DNA from: a bacterium
GTDB taxonomy: Bacteria; Hinthialibacterota; Hinthialibacteria; Hinthialibacterales; Hinthialibacteraceae
NCBI GenBank assembly: GCA_963663405.2
Contig: CAXXSM010000105.1
Span: forward strand, 32,001-96,000
Direction of reading: 5' to 3'
Length of the DNA: 64,000 nucleotides
How positions within the stretch are numbered: position 1 is the stretch's first letter; the number at the start of each line of letters is the position of its first letter. Of the stretch, positions 9,525 to 18,957 are shown in pieces. A program made the position numbers and the translations under genes. A model generated the notes under the pieces. That model searched no databases. It was not told where the DNA came from and saw only the letters and a program-made list of their open reading frames with translations.

Positions 9525-9784
9525 TTCTCCCCCTCATCACATAATCCAAACAATCAGGATTCTTTAACAAACTAGAAATATAACAATAAAGCAATCCTCT
9601 GGCTATGGGATTCAACGCTTTGCGTAATAGTCGAACGGTATATTCATTTTCTGCGGCCGAAGGGCCATCTCAGCGCCTAAGGCCTTGTCCGGTTTTTCCA
9701 GACTTTGTATAGTGGATTGGTGTATTTTTGTGAATAGAACGTCACTCTCAAACTGATTCTGAGAGTGAATTATCGGGGATCGTT

Positions 9785-10714
9785 ATGAAACGGTTTTGGC
9801 TTGGTCTATTATTGATTGGGATTCTTGTTGTCACATGGGAAGGAGCTTTTGGTGAATTGATCGCCAGGCTTCCCCCAGAAAATGTGTTGTATGAGACAGA
9901 CTCGTTGTATCATCATATCCGTGTGTCTGAAGTCGCCGGGAAACGGTACCTCTCATTCAACCGGGCGAGAGGTCACCAGAGCGCCGTCAATCTCAAGGAT
10001 CCTTATGATCTAGAATTCGCTTATACGCAGGCGAGTTTCACCGCGCTTGGATTTTTGGAAAAAGGACCAGAGAAGGTTCTATACTTGGGATTGGGGGGAG
10101 GCTCGATGCCGAGGGTGTTAGCCAAACACCTTCCGGAGGCGAAAATCGATATCGCCGAGATCGATCCGGAAGTCGTGATGGCGGCCAAGAAATATTTCCT
10201 CTTTAAAGTCACACCGAATATGCGCGTTTTTGAGCAGGATGGTCGGCAGTATCTGCGGCGCTCCCAGGAACAATACGATTTGATTTTTCTCGACGCGTAT
10301 AACGATCTCGCGATCCCTTTCCATCTCACAACGAAGGAATTCTTTGAACTAGTCAAACAGCGGTTGAAACCGGGAGGTATCGTGGCGGCGAATGTTTGGG
10401 GGCCTCCGGTTGATGAGTTTTATTTATCCGAGTTGAAGACGTATCAAGCGGTTTTTACTCATGTGTACCGGATTGATTCCATCACGACGAACAACTACAT
10501 TTTCGCCGCGGATATGAACGAGCGGGTGATGACCGCCGAAGAACTGCTCCGCCGGGCGCAAGCGCTGCAAGATCATTTTTCATTTTCGTTCTCTCTGCCG
10601 AAATACGCGCGGACATTTGAAGATTTGACAAAGGAAGAAGTCACCGCGGATGTTTTGTCCGACGATTTCGCTCCAGTGGAGGTTCTTCGCTCCAGAAAGG
10701 CTTCCTCGAATTGA
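9785..10714 (+). CDS. Spermidine-synthase-like SAM-dependent transferase with N-terminal signal or anchor
   Basis: VLYLGLGGGS, AEIDPEV, DGRQYL..YDLIFLDAY..IPFHLTTKEFF, DDFAPVE. Confidence 0.85.
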   Translation: MKRFWLGLLLIGILVVTWEGAFGELIARLPPENVLYETDSLYHHIRVSEVAGKRYLSFNRARGHQSAVNLKDPYDLEFAYTQASFTALGFLEKGPEKVLYLGLGGGSMPRVLAKHLPEAKIDIAEIDPEVVMAAKKYFLFKVTPNMRVFEQDGRQYLRRSQEQYDLIFLDAYNDLAIPFHLTTKEFFELVKQRLKPGGIVAANVWGPPVDEFYLSELKTYQAVFTHVYRIDSITTNNYIFAADMNERVMTAEELLRRAQALQDHFSFSFSLPKYARTFEDLTKEEVTADVLSDDFAPVEVLRSRKASSN

Positions 10715-11316
10715 TCCCTTGCATAGTCTTTCTAACCGGCGCGATTGTGATGTCATTTGAAATTTTGGGTAGCCGGATTCTCGCGCCTGATTTCGGGAAC
10801 GCGATTTTTGTCTGGGGCAGTTTGATCAGTGTCTTTCTGGGGGGATTGACCGTTGGGTACTGGGGAGGGGGGAAACTGGCTGATACAATCGGCGATCTCA
10901 GGGGATTCGCGGGGCTACTGGCCGTTCCTGGATTGATTCTACTCTGTCTGCCATTTTATTGCGGCGCCGTCAATCTATGGATATTCGAACGTGAATTTGG
11001 CGTTCGTATGGAACCCCTTTTAGCCTCCTTGATTCTCTTTTTCCCACCGACGATTTTTATGGGCGCGGTCAGTCCCTACGCGGTGAAACTGCAGGTTAAG
11101 AATTTGAAATGGCTGGGATCCGGTGTCGGTAATTTATACGCGCTATCCACACTGGGCAGTATTCTGGGGACATTGTTAACATCGTTTTATTTGATTACGT
11201 GGATTGGGGTGCGGCAGATCATCCTGGCGCAGGGGGTGTTGCTTTTAGTGATGGCGGCCGCTGTGTGGATCGTATATTATCGAGCGAGGGGAGAGACAAT
11301 AGAGGAACCGAATTGA
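10711..11316 (+). CDS. Membrane (MFS-like) domain of the fused MFS/spermidine synthase family, encoded separately
   Basis: GAIVMSFEILGSRILAPDFG..WGSLISVFL..GYWGGGKLAD; G.VGNLYALSTLGSILGT. About 6 TM segments. 4-nt overlap with the upstream gene. Confidence 0.85.
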   Translation: MIPCIVFLTGAIVMSFEILGSRILAPDFGNAIFVWGSLISVFLGGLTVGYWGGGKLADTIGDLRGFAGLLAVPGLILLCLPFYCGAVNLWIFEREFGVRMEPLLASLILFFPPTIFMGAVSPYAVKLQVKNLKWLGSGVGNLYALSTLGSILGTLLTSFYLITWIGVRQIILAQGVLLLVMAAAVWIVYYRARGETIEEPN

Positions 11317-11346
11317 TGGAGAGTCTTTTCAGCCGATCGAACTGTT

Positions 11347-11754
11347 TTATTTCACTCCTTTGCTAATTAAATGCGCCGCCAGTCCCCGATCTAATTTTAG
11401 TATATGATCGATCAACCAATCTTTAAGGAAATGAGTTATTTTGGGAGATAAATGTAAATCTTCCTGTTCCAACCGTTCTTTAAATTCTATCGCTTTTTCT
11501 TTAAAAAAAATATGTTCGTTTTTATGCTTCATTGAATCCGGATAATTATATTGATCCATATATTCCTCTTCCGTGTTGAAGTGATGAATCGAGTAGTCAA
11601 TCATGTCATTTACTATATCTGGCATGATCTCCAGAGTTTTTCTCTCCACCATCGCCCTATAAATACGATCGATCATCATAAGTATCTTCTTATGCTGAGA
11701 ATCAATACTCTCGATCTTCACATTATACTCATCTTTCCAATCGAAAAAGCCCAT
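11347..11754 (-). CDS. Bacteriohemerythrin
   Basis: W..EY.V.IESIDSQHK, HF.TEE..M, H..EH..F, WLI.HI...D iron-ligand pattern. Start set at MGFFDW. Confidence 0.92.
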   Translation of the reverse strand: MGFFDWKDEYNVKIESIDSQHKKILMMIDRIYRAMVERKTLEIMPDIVNDMIDYSIHHFNTEEEYMDQYNYPDSMKHKNEHIFFKEKAIEFKERLEQEDLHLSPKITHFLKDWLIDHILKLDRGLAAHLISKGVK

Positions 11755-11898
11755 AATCCAATCCTTCCTTAAGGATAAAAGTCCACAACGCCCTCCTTCC
11801 AAGTTTATTCATTTGAGTTTTTGAATTTATCTGTTTTGATGGCGAACCAGTAAATCCGGATAACTCTTCAAATATGTGGATAGGACACGTTATAATAA

Positions 11899-12306
11899 TT
11901 ATTTCTGTCCTTTCTGAATTAGGAAAAAGGCCAATTTCCGATCTGTATTCAGTATATGGTTAATCAACCAATCCTTCAAAAAATTCATGATTTCAGGGGT
12001 TAGAAACATATTTCTATGTTCCAGCTGTTCTTTGAATTCGTATGCTTTTTTCTTAAAAAATATATGCTCATTCATATGTTTCTTGATTTCAGAATACTCG
12101 TATTGATCCATTAATTGCTCTTCGGTCTCGAAATGATAGACCGAATAATCTACCATGTCGTTCACAATTCCCGTCAGTTTTTGATGAGTCTGTTTCCCCA
12201 TCATGGCCACGTACAGACTTTCTATCATCAAAACCAGTTTCTTGTGCTGGGAGTCAATACTCTCAATATTCACGCAATACTCATCTTTCCATTCGAAAAA
12301 ATTCAT
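11899..12306 (-). CDS. Bacteriohemerythrin (paralog)
   Basis: Same H/HxxxE/HxxxH/HxxxxD ligand set; highly similar to the neighbouring copy. Confidence 0.92.
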   Translation of the reverse strand: MNFFEWKDEYCVNIESIDSQHKKLVLMIESLYVAMMGKQTHQKLTGIVNDMVDYSVYHFETEEQLMDQYEYSEIKKHMNEHIFFKKKAYEFKEQLEHRNMFLTPEIMNFLKDWLINHILNTDRKLAFFLIQKGQK

Positions 12307-12399
12307 ATCTATGAACCATCCATGAAATTGAATATACTTAAAACATTTAATAGACGTTCATCTTATCGATTTCTATATTGCTAGTCAAATCTTTATATC

Positions 12400-12546
12400 A
12401 TGAGTTGCGGGAGCGAATACAAACGAGAAAGCCTTAGGAACTCATTTTCATTTAAACCATCATGATTGAGATCACAACTGCAAATGAAAATGAGTTGCGG
12501 GAGCGAATTCGAACGAGAAAGCCTTGGGAACTCATTTTCATTTAAA
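12400..12546. repeat. Two tandem ~57-bp repeat units (90-bp period) with terminal inverted repeats, MITE/REP-like
   Basis: ATGAGTTGCGGGAGCGAATwCrAACGAGAAAGCCTTrGGAACTCATTTTCATTTAAA at 12400-12456 and 12490-12546. Copy 2 has a perfect 15-bp IR: AAATGAAAATGAGTT(12482-96)/AACTCATTTTCATTT(12529-43). Confidence 0.85.
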
Positions 12547-12630
12547 TGTTGACAGAACTCACCTGGGTTGGATAATCAATAAGAAAGGTTAACGGTATCG
12601 ATTGGCTGCCAAGGCAAGCCGGGAACGGTA

Positions 12631-14247
12631 ATGAACGAATTTATGGATTCCATTGCAACAGCGCTCAATTCAAATTCAGTAATTTCTCTTTTCCTCGTGA
12701 TTGGATTGGGATTGGCGTTGGGAAACGTAAAACTGGCGGGATTCTCTTTAGGATCGAGCGCGGTGATGTTCGTTGCGCTCGCTTTTGGACAATTGGGGCT
12801 TACGATCCCGCCGGCGATTAAAAATTTAGGGGTCATTTTATTTGTTTACGCCGTCGGCCTGCAAGTCGGTCCCCGGTTTTTTCATACGATCCGGCGGAAC
12901 GGAATCACGTATCTTTGTATCGCGCTGCTTTCCTTGCTGAGTGGTATGGCGAGTATTGTCATCATCGGCAAGGCGATTGGCATCCCGGCCGACTTAGGCA
13001 TCGGCGCTTTCGCAGGCGCGCTCACATCCACACCCGGGTTGGCCGCCGCGTTGGACGTTTTGGATGAAAACACATCGGTATCCGTCGGATTCGGGATCGC
13101 GTATCTCTTTGGTGTGATCGGTGTTGTGTTGTTTGTACAAACCATCGCCAACAAGCAATGTACTAAAGATGAAGTGGAAGCCGAACGGAACGCGCCGGTG
13201 GAGGCCAGTTCAAATCTAAAACTCAAAGCCTTTATCGTTACGAATCCGAATTGTACGGGCAAACCACTCATAGAAATCGATCTCCACAGCATGACACGCG
13301 CCAATATCACCCGGATCGTCCGGAACAGCCAGGAATTTATGGCGTATGATACCACAGCGTTCCAGCTCAATGACATCGTTCACGCCGTCGGAACCGAACG
13401 GGAATTGAGAAAACTCGAACACATCATAGGCAAGGAAACTACTCCAATTGAACTGGATAAAAACAAAGAAATCGCTGTGCGTGATGTATTCGTCTCTTCC
13501 CCCCGCATCACCGGCAAGCGATTGAAAGATTTAGAAGTGCTGGAATTATTCGGGGTTCGGTTGACCCGGTTACGAAGAGATGAGATTGATATCGTTCCTA
13601 CGGGCGATACAACAATGGAAATCGGTGATTTGATCCGCGTCGCAGGAACGACGGACGATTGCGAACGCTTCGTTCAGATCGCCGGTCAACAGGAGCGACG
13701 CATTCATGAAACCAACCTGCTGGCCATGTGCGCCGGGATCACACTAGGGGGATATGTGGGCGCGTACACTTTCAACCTGCCCGGCGGGATGACATTCAAT
13801 CTAGGTTTGGCGGGAGGGCCGATGCTCGTGGCGATTCTGATCAGTCACGCGGGCCGTATTGGACCCATCAGCACGCGGGTTCCCTACGCCGCCAAGTATC
13901 TCTGCCGGGAGATCGGCTTGGTTTTCTTTTTGGCCGCCGCCGGCGCCGAGGCGGGGGATTCGTTTGTAGAAATGTTTCAGAGTTATGGCGTTCAGATATT
14001 TCTTCTCGGCGCCGCCGCGACGACGGTTTCCATGTTCTCCGCGTACTTGCTGGGGCGGTATCTCTTCCGATTGAGCCGGTTGGCGTCGCTGGGCGTCGTC
14101 TGCGGCTCCATGACCAGCACGCCGGCCCTGGGCATCGCCGCCAGCAGCGTCGATTCAGACACCCCAGCGATCGCATACGCTTCCACCTACCCACTCGCCC
14201 TCGTTCTTGTGACGCTCATTTCACAAATCCTCGCTTCAGTGCTTTAA
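12631..14247 (+). CDS. AspT/YidE/YbjL family transporter with two TrkA-C (RCK_C) domains
   Basis: G.ILFVY.VGL.VGP.FF, GALTSTPGLAAA, duplicated GSMTSTPAL..YA.TYP, central TrkA-C repeats. Confidence 0.93.
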   Translation: MNEFMDSIATALNSNSVISLFLVIGLGLALGNVKLAGFSLGSSAVMFVALAFGQLGLTIPPAIKNLGVILFVYAVGLQVGPRFFHTIRRNGITYLCIALLSLLSGMASIVIIGKAIGIPADLGIGAFAGALTSTPGLAAALDVLDENTSVSVGFGIAYLFGVIGVVLFVQTIANKQCTKDEVEAERNAPVEASSNLKLKAFIVTNPNCTGKPLIEIDLHSMTRANITRIVRNSQEFMAYDTTAFQLNDIVHAVGTERELRKLEHIIGKETTPIELDKNKEIAVRDVFVSSPRITGKRLKDLEVLELFGVRLTRLRRDEIDIVPTGDTTMEIGDLIRVAGTTDDCERFVQIAGQQERRIHETNLLAMCAGITLGGYVGAYTFNLPGGMTFNLGLAGGPMLVAILISHAGRIGPISTRVPYAAKYLCREIGLVFFLAAAGAEAGDSFVEMFQSYGVQIFLLGAAATTVSMFSAYLLGRYLFRLSRLASLGVVCGSMTSTPALGIAASSVDSDTPAIAYASTYPLALVLVTLISQILASVL

Positions 14248-14321
14248 CCGGCATGGTTTCCGCTCCAATCGATGATCGGCTATACTCTGTGCGTTCAACT
14301 TTTTTCAACCGGGAGAAGAGT

Positions 14322-15401
14322 ATGCGGAATTGGATGCGCAATATTTTATTTCTATGCGCCGCGCTATGTATATTTTCATGTTCACCCGCGGAGGAGCCGG
14401 ATTCGGCTGGGAATTCATCCGGCGATCCTTTTCGTGTAATTCTCATTACGGATGTAGGGGGATTGGGCGATAAGGGTTTTAATGATTCCGGTTGGGCGGG
14501 CTGTCAAATCGCAGAAAAGAAATTAACCGAACGGGGCGCGAAAATCGAATGCAAAGTCATCGAATCACGCGAACAAACCGACTACACCGATAACCTGAAT
14601 ATGGCCGCCGAACGGGCGGATGTCATCGTCGCCTTGGGTTTTTTGATCGCGGATTCGGTAGAGCGGGTGGCGAAACATTATCCTGACACTGCTTTTATCT
14701 TTATCGATGGAAAGATCAAAGGGGATAACATCGCCAGTTTTGATTTTAAATCACATGAAGCGGCGTTCCTTGCAGGTATCCTTGCGGGGTATGTGACGGA
14801 GACGGGAACGGTTGGCGTTATGCCGGGGATGGATATCCCCCCGGTGGAAGCGTTCGCGAGCGGCTATCAAGCGGGTGTTCTAACCTATAACAAACTTGCG
14901 GGAAAAGAAGTCAAGGTTCGGTCCTCCACCATCGGCAGTTTCAATGATCCAGTGAAAGCCAAATCCATCGCCCAAGCGTTGATTGACAATGGCGCGGACA
15001 TTCTCTTTCAACTGGCGGGGAATAGCGGGCTTGGGGTAATTGAAGCGGTTCGGGACGCGCCGGGCCGGTGTTTCGCCATCGGCGTGGACATCGACCAAGA
15101 CGATCTCGCCCCCGGCAAGATTCTGACCAGTGTATTAAAACGCATGGACAAAGTTGTGTCGGATCAGATCCTCGCCGCGTATAATAATCAATTCAAAGGG
15201 GGGATCTTTGAAGCTGGTTTGAAGGATGATTACACTGGTTTGACAGAAATGGTTCACACCCGCCATCTCGTCCCTCCCGAAGCGTTCGAAACAATCGGCC
15301 AAGCCCGTGAAGCGATTATTTCGGGAAAACTGATTATCCCGAAAACCTACGAAGCGCTGCGAGCATTCGAAGCGCCGCTGGATCCATTCAAGACTCCATG
15401 A
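14322..15401 (+). CDS. BMP family ABC transporter substrate-binding lipoprotein (nucleoside/purine)
   Basis: Lipobox IFS-C, TDVGGLGDKGFNDS, GSFNDP.K, AG.SGLG, IGVD.DQ. Start moved to ATG 14322 because the 13728 start overlaps the upstream gene. Confidence 0.92.
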   Translation: MRNWMRNILFLCAALCIFSCSPAEEPDSAGNSSGDPFRVILITDVGGLGDKGFNDSGWAGCQIAEKKLTERGAKIECKVIESREQTDYTDNLNMAAERADVIVALGFLIADSVERVAKHYPDTAFIFIDGKIKGDNIASFDFKSHEAAFLAGILAGYVTETGTVGVMPGMDIPPVEAFASGYQAGVLTYNKLAGKEVKVRSSTIGSFNDPVKAKSIAQALIDNGADILFQLAGNSGLGVIEAVRDAPGRCFAIGVDIDQDDLAPGKILTSVLKRMDKVVSDQILAAYNNQFKGGIFEAGLKDDYTGLTEMVHTRHLVPPEAFETIGQAREAIISGKLIIPKTYEALRAFEAPLDPFKTP

Positions 15402-16927
15402 ATAAGCCAGAACATGTCTCCGGCTTAAACGCAATTCCCGCCTTATCCGCGCAGGGCGTCACCAAATGGTTTGGGAAAACGCCGGCTAACGAATCTGTCT
15501 CTCTCGATCTCCATTCTGGAAGAATCCATTCTCTGCTGGGCGAGAACGGCGCGGGAAAATCGACGCTGGTTTCGATTCTGTATGGATTGTATGAAGCCGA
15601 TGAAGGCCGCCTGTTTGTGGATGGGCGCCCGATTCAGATCCGCCGTCCGGGTGATGCGCTGCAGCTGGGGATCGGGCTAGCGCCGCAGCATTTCTCTTTG
15701 ATTCCCACTTTGAGCGCGCTCGATAATTTGATTTTGGGGCGGGAAAACAAAAATGGATTCTTTCTCGACCGGCGGGGAGCGGAACGGGAAATTACGGCGC
15801 TTCTCGATCGCTATAGATTGGATATCCCCTTGCATGAACGGGTAGGAAACCTGCCGGTTGGAGCGCGGCAGCGTGTGGAGATCGCGAAAATTCTTTACCG
15901 CAAAGCCCGCGTTATGATCTTTGACGAACCGACCGCCGCGCTGGTTACGCATGAGATCGATCGATTTTTAGAAACGCTTGATAATCTCCGCAAGGAAGGC
16001 GTCGCTGTTTTACTAATCACCCACCGTCTGCCGGAAGTGCGTGAGGTGTCGGATGATATCACCGTCCTTCGGAAAGGGCGTGTGGTTTTACAAGATCGAT
16101 TCAAAAACGTAACTGAAAAACAGATCGCCAAAGCGATCATCGGTGAAGAACTGCAAACGGAAACATACGATCTGCCCCAAACCGGCGCCCCCTTTATTCG
16201 AATTGATTCCCTATCAACCAACGCGGGAAAGACGAAGGTTTCTCTGAACCACATCTCTTTAGATATTCATGAAAAAGAAATCCTAGGCATTGCCGGAGTC
16301 GCTGGAAACGGGCAGGAAGAGTTAATCGGCGCTATTTTCGGCTTGATTCCCGCATCGTCCGGTTCAATACATATGGGAGATAGGGATATTACCTTGCTGC
16401 GTCCGGCGGAGCGGAGAAGAGAAGGTCTCGCTTTAATCCCTCAGGACCGGCGGGAAGAAGGATTGCTCGTTAGTCATTCGGTGATGGAAAATATTATGTT
16501 GAACCGCCATGCGTTTAAAGAGCAAAGGGCTTGGATCAACAAATCCGCGATTCAGACGCAAACAATGGAATGTATCCATCAATATCAGATTGCGGCGTCA
16601 TCACCGGATCAATCCGCCGATCAATTGTCGGGCGGCCATCAACAGCGTGTCGTCATCGCCCGTGAATTGCTGACCCAGCCCCAGTGGACTATCGCGCATA
16701 ATCCAACTCGTGGGCTTGATCTGCGGGCTTCCCGGTTCGTACATGAAAAATTGCTGGACTTATGCGAAGGAGGCGCGCCGGTTTTACTCTTCTCTTCTGA
16801 ACTGAGCGAGTTGTTTGTTTTATGCCATCGGATCGCAGTCATGTACAGAGGAGCGATCACGGCAGTCCGTCCTACAAGGGAATGGACGCCGGAGAGTCTG
16901 GGGAAAGCGATGATGGGATTGGCGTGA
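15398..16927 (+). CDS. ABC transporter ATP-binding protein (CUT2/Nup family, two ATPase domains)
   Basis: LLGENGAGKSTL, DEPTA, LSGGHQQRVV, PTRGLD. Confidence 0.95.
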   Translation: MNKPEHVSGLNAIPALSAQGVTKWFGKTPANESVSLDLHSGRIHSLLGENGAGKSTLVSILYGLYEADEGRLFVDGRPIQIRRPGDALQLGIGLAPQHFSLIPTLSALDNLILGRENKNGFFLDRRGAEREITALLDRYRLDIPLHERVGNLPVGARQRVEIAKILYRKARVMIFDEPTAALVTHEIDRFLETLDNLRKEGVAVLLITHRLPEVREVSDDITVLRKGRVVLQDRFKNVTEKQIAKAIIGEELQTETYDLPQTGAPFIRIDSLSTNAGKTKVSLNHISLDIHEKEILGIAGVAGNGQEELIGAIFGLIPASSGSIHMGDRDITLLRPAERRREGLALIPQDRREEGLLVSHSVMENIMLNRHAFKEQRAWINKSAIQTQTMECIHQYQIAASSPDQSADQLSGGHQQRVVIARELLTQPQWTIAHNPTRGLDLRASRFVHEKLLDLCEGGAPVLLFSSELSELFVLCHRIAVMYRGAITAVRPTREWTPESLGKAMMGLA

Positions 16928-17943
16928 TGGGAAAACGAATCGCATTCATTCCAATTTCTCTTTTCACCGCCTTCGCTGTAACCGGCATATTCTTGTGGAT
17001 CAATGGTTTTTCTCCCATCGCGTTCATACGAATTCTTTTTACCAGTTCGTGGGGATCGGCGACGGGGATTTTACTCGTATTGACCAAATCGGCTCTTTTG
17101 ATTTTAACCGGACTGGCCGTCGCGATTCCATTTCGCGCCGGTTTGTTTAATATCGGCGGTGAGGGACAGATGATTCTCGGCGCCTTGGCCGCCGCGCTGA
17201 TCGGCGCTCTGCCACTGCAATGTATCGGCGTGTTTCATTTGCTTCTCTGCATCATCGCAGGGATTCTCTGTGGTTCTCTGTGGGGCGCGTTGGCGGGATT
17301 TTTAAAGGTTCAGCGAGGCGTGCATGAAGTGATCGGCACGATCATGCTGAACTTCATCGCCTTTAAAGCAGTCAATGAATTGACATTCGGCGCCTTCAGC
17401 GCGGACGCGGGAAGCGGGCGCACTTCGTTCATTCATGAATCCGCCTACATGCCGGTTCTCATTACTCACGGCGCGGCGGACACATCGATCGGTGTTTTGA
17501 TTTCCTTCATTCTAGCGGTTGGCCTTTCCATTGTATTATACCGGACATGGTTTGGTTTTGAGATCCGCGCGGTGGGAGAGAATCCCACCGCGTCCCGGAA
17601 CGCGGGAATCGCCGTTGGATGGACTCAATTCTGGACGTTAACGCTTGGAGGGGCGTGCGCGGGACTGGCCGGAGCCATCGAAACAACAGGAGTGAATCAT
17701 ACATTTTACGCGCGATTCACGGGTGGCTTGGGATTTGACGGGATCGCGGTGGCGTTTTTAGGCCTGTGCGAACCCTGGGCCACGATCCCGGCCGCGCTAA
17801 CAATCGCGACGCTCCGGGCGTCTGACCGGGCGCTGCAATTAGACCTTGGCGCGCCGAAAGAAATTGTGTTTATGGTGGAAGGTATATTAATCATCTGCAT
17901 CGCGATATTCACCCGGCGGAGGAACGAAAGAAATAGTGAATAA
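16927..17943 (+). CDS. ABC transporter permease (NupB-like)
   Basis: GLAVAIPFRAGLFNIGGEGQ, HEVI.TIMLN, GFEIRAVGENP, GFDGIAVA. Start coupled to the upstream stop. Confidence 0.92.
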   Translation: MGKRIAFIPISLFTAFAVTGIFLWINGFSPIAFIRILFTSSWGSATGILLVLTKSALLILTGLAVAIPFRAGLFNIGGEGQMILGALAAALIGALPLQCIGVFHLLLCIIAGILCGSLWGALAGFLKVQRGVHEVIGTIMLNFIAFKAVNELTFGAFSADAGSGRTSFIHESAYMPVLITHGAADTSIGVLISFILAVGLSIVLYRTWFGFEIRAVGENPTASRNAGIAVGWTQFWTLTLGGACAGLAGAIETTGVNHTFYARFTGGLGFDGIAVAFLGLCEPWATIPAALTIATLRASDRALQLDLGAPKEIVFMVEGILIICIAIFTRRRNERNSE

Positions 17944-17993
17944 CCTGTTGAACTAACGATGTAAGTTTTATTATGCGGAAGAATTACTGAAAT

Positions 17994-18926
17994 ATGGATC
18001 TCTACACGCTGCTGATTTCAATCTGCCTTCATGAATGCCCGGCGCTGCTGCATGCGGGAGCGTTGAAAGCCGCGCCTCTGCTCTGGGCGTCGCTGGGGGG
18101 CGCTTACAGCGAACGGTCCGGTGTAATAAACATTGGCTTGGAAGGCATGATGCTGATTGGCGCGTTTGCGGCAGTCGCCGGATCGGGCTTGACTGGGAAT
18201 CCTTGGATAGGCTTGTTTGTTGGCGCCGCCGCGGGAGGTTTGTTCGGCTTGATTCACGCTCTAGCGGCGCTGCAGTGGAAAGCGAATCAAATCGTCAGTG
18301 GGATGGGGATCAACATATTTGCCCTTGGTATAACGGGCTTTCTTCTTTACCGGATCTTTGAAGCGAGAGGCAACTCGCCCGAAGTGACGAAAATTCCAGC
18401 GGTTCATGGATGGGAAGACGTCCCGTTTCTGTCCGACTTATTTTTCCCATTTTCTCTATTGCATATTCTTCTTTTGTTCGCATTATGCTTTACGATTTTC
18501 ATTTTTTATCGAACCGCGTTCGGGCTGCGGCTGCGGGCCTGCGGGGAAGATCCAGAAGTGGTCAAAGCCGCCGGCGTCAATGTATCGTTTTACCGCTATG
18601 CGGCGGTGGTGATAAGCGGTATTCTGGCTGGGATCGGCGGCGCGCAGCTATCGTTAAGCGATGTTAGTCAGTTTAGTGTTGGAATGACGAACGGGCGCGG
18701 CTTTGTGGCGCTGGCGGCGTTGATCTGCGGCGGATGGCGTCCCGGACGCGCGGCGTGGGTTTGTCTTTTTCTAGGAACGGCGGAAGCTCTTGGCGAACGG
18801 CTTACGGCGGTCTTCCCTCTCATTCCTTCAAGAGCCTGCCAAGTCCTTCCTTTTGTCTTCGCGCTGCTTGTTCTCGCCTACAAACGGGAATTGGCCCAAC
18901 AACCGCGGGCGTTGGGGAAATTATAG
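17994..18926 (+). CDS. ABC transporter permease (NupC-like)
   Basis: SERSGVINIGLEGMML, GLRLRACGE.P, GRGFVALAA.I.G.W.P. Confidence 0.92.
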   Translation: MDLYTLLISICLHECPALLHAGALKAAPLLWASLGGAYSERSGVINIGLEGMMLIGAFAAVAGSGLTGNPWIGLFVGAAAGGLFGLIHALAALQWKANQIVSGMGINIFALGITGFLLYRIFEARGNSPEVTKIPAVHGWEDVPFLSDLFFPFSLLHILLLFALCFTIFIFYRTAFGLRLRACGEDPEVVKAAGVNVSFYRYAAVVISGILAGIGGAQLSLSDVSQFSVGMTNGRGFVALAALICGGWRPGRAAWVCLFLGTAEALGERLTAVFPLIPSRACQVLPFVFALLVLAYKRELAQQPRALGKL

Positions 18927-18957
18927 TTAATTGGAATATTTATAAGCGATAATTGTA

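Noticed and set aside
9600-9720. Possible riboswitch or ncRNA upstream of the spermidine-synthase-like gene
   Set aside because: Only a short GGCC-GAAG-GGCC hairpin is visible, with no recognisable SAM or other aptamer consensus. An Rfam scan would be needed.
12400-12546. Possible CRISPR array
   Set aside because: Only two units of ~57 bp, with long terminal IRs and no cas genes in the window.
13728-14321. N-terminal 198 aa of the 557-aa ORF
   Set aside because: It overlaps the AspT gene in another frame and has shadow-ORF composition. The real lipoprotein starts at ATG 14322.
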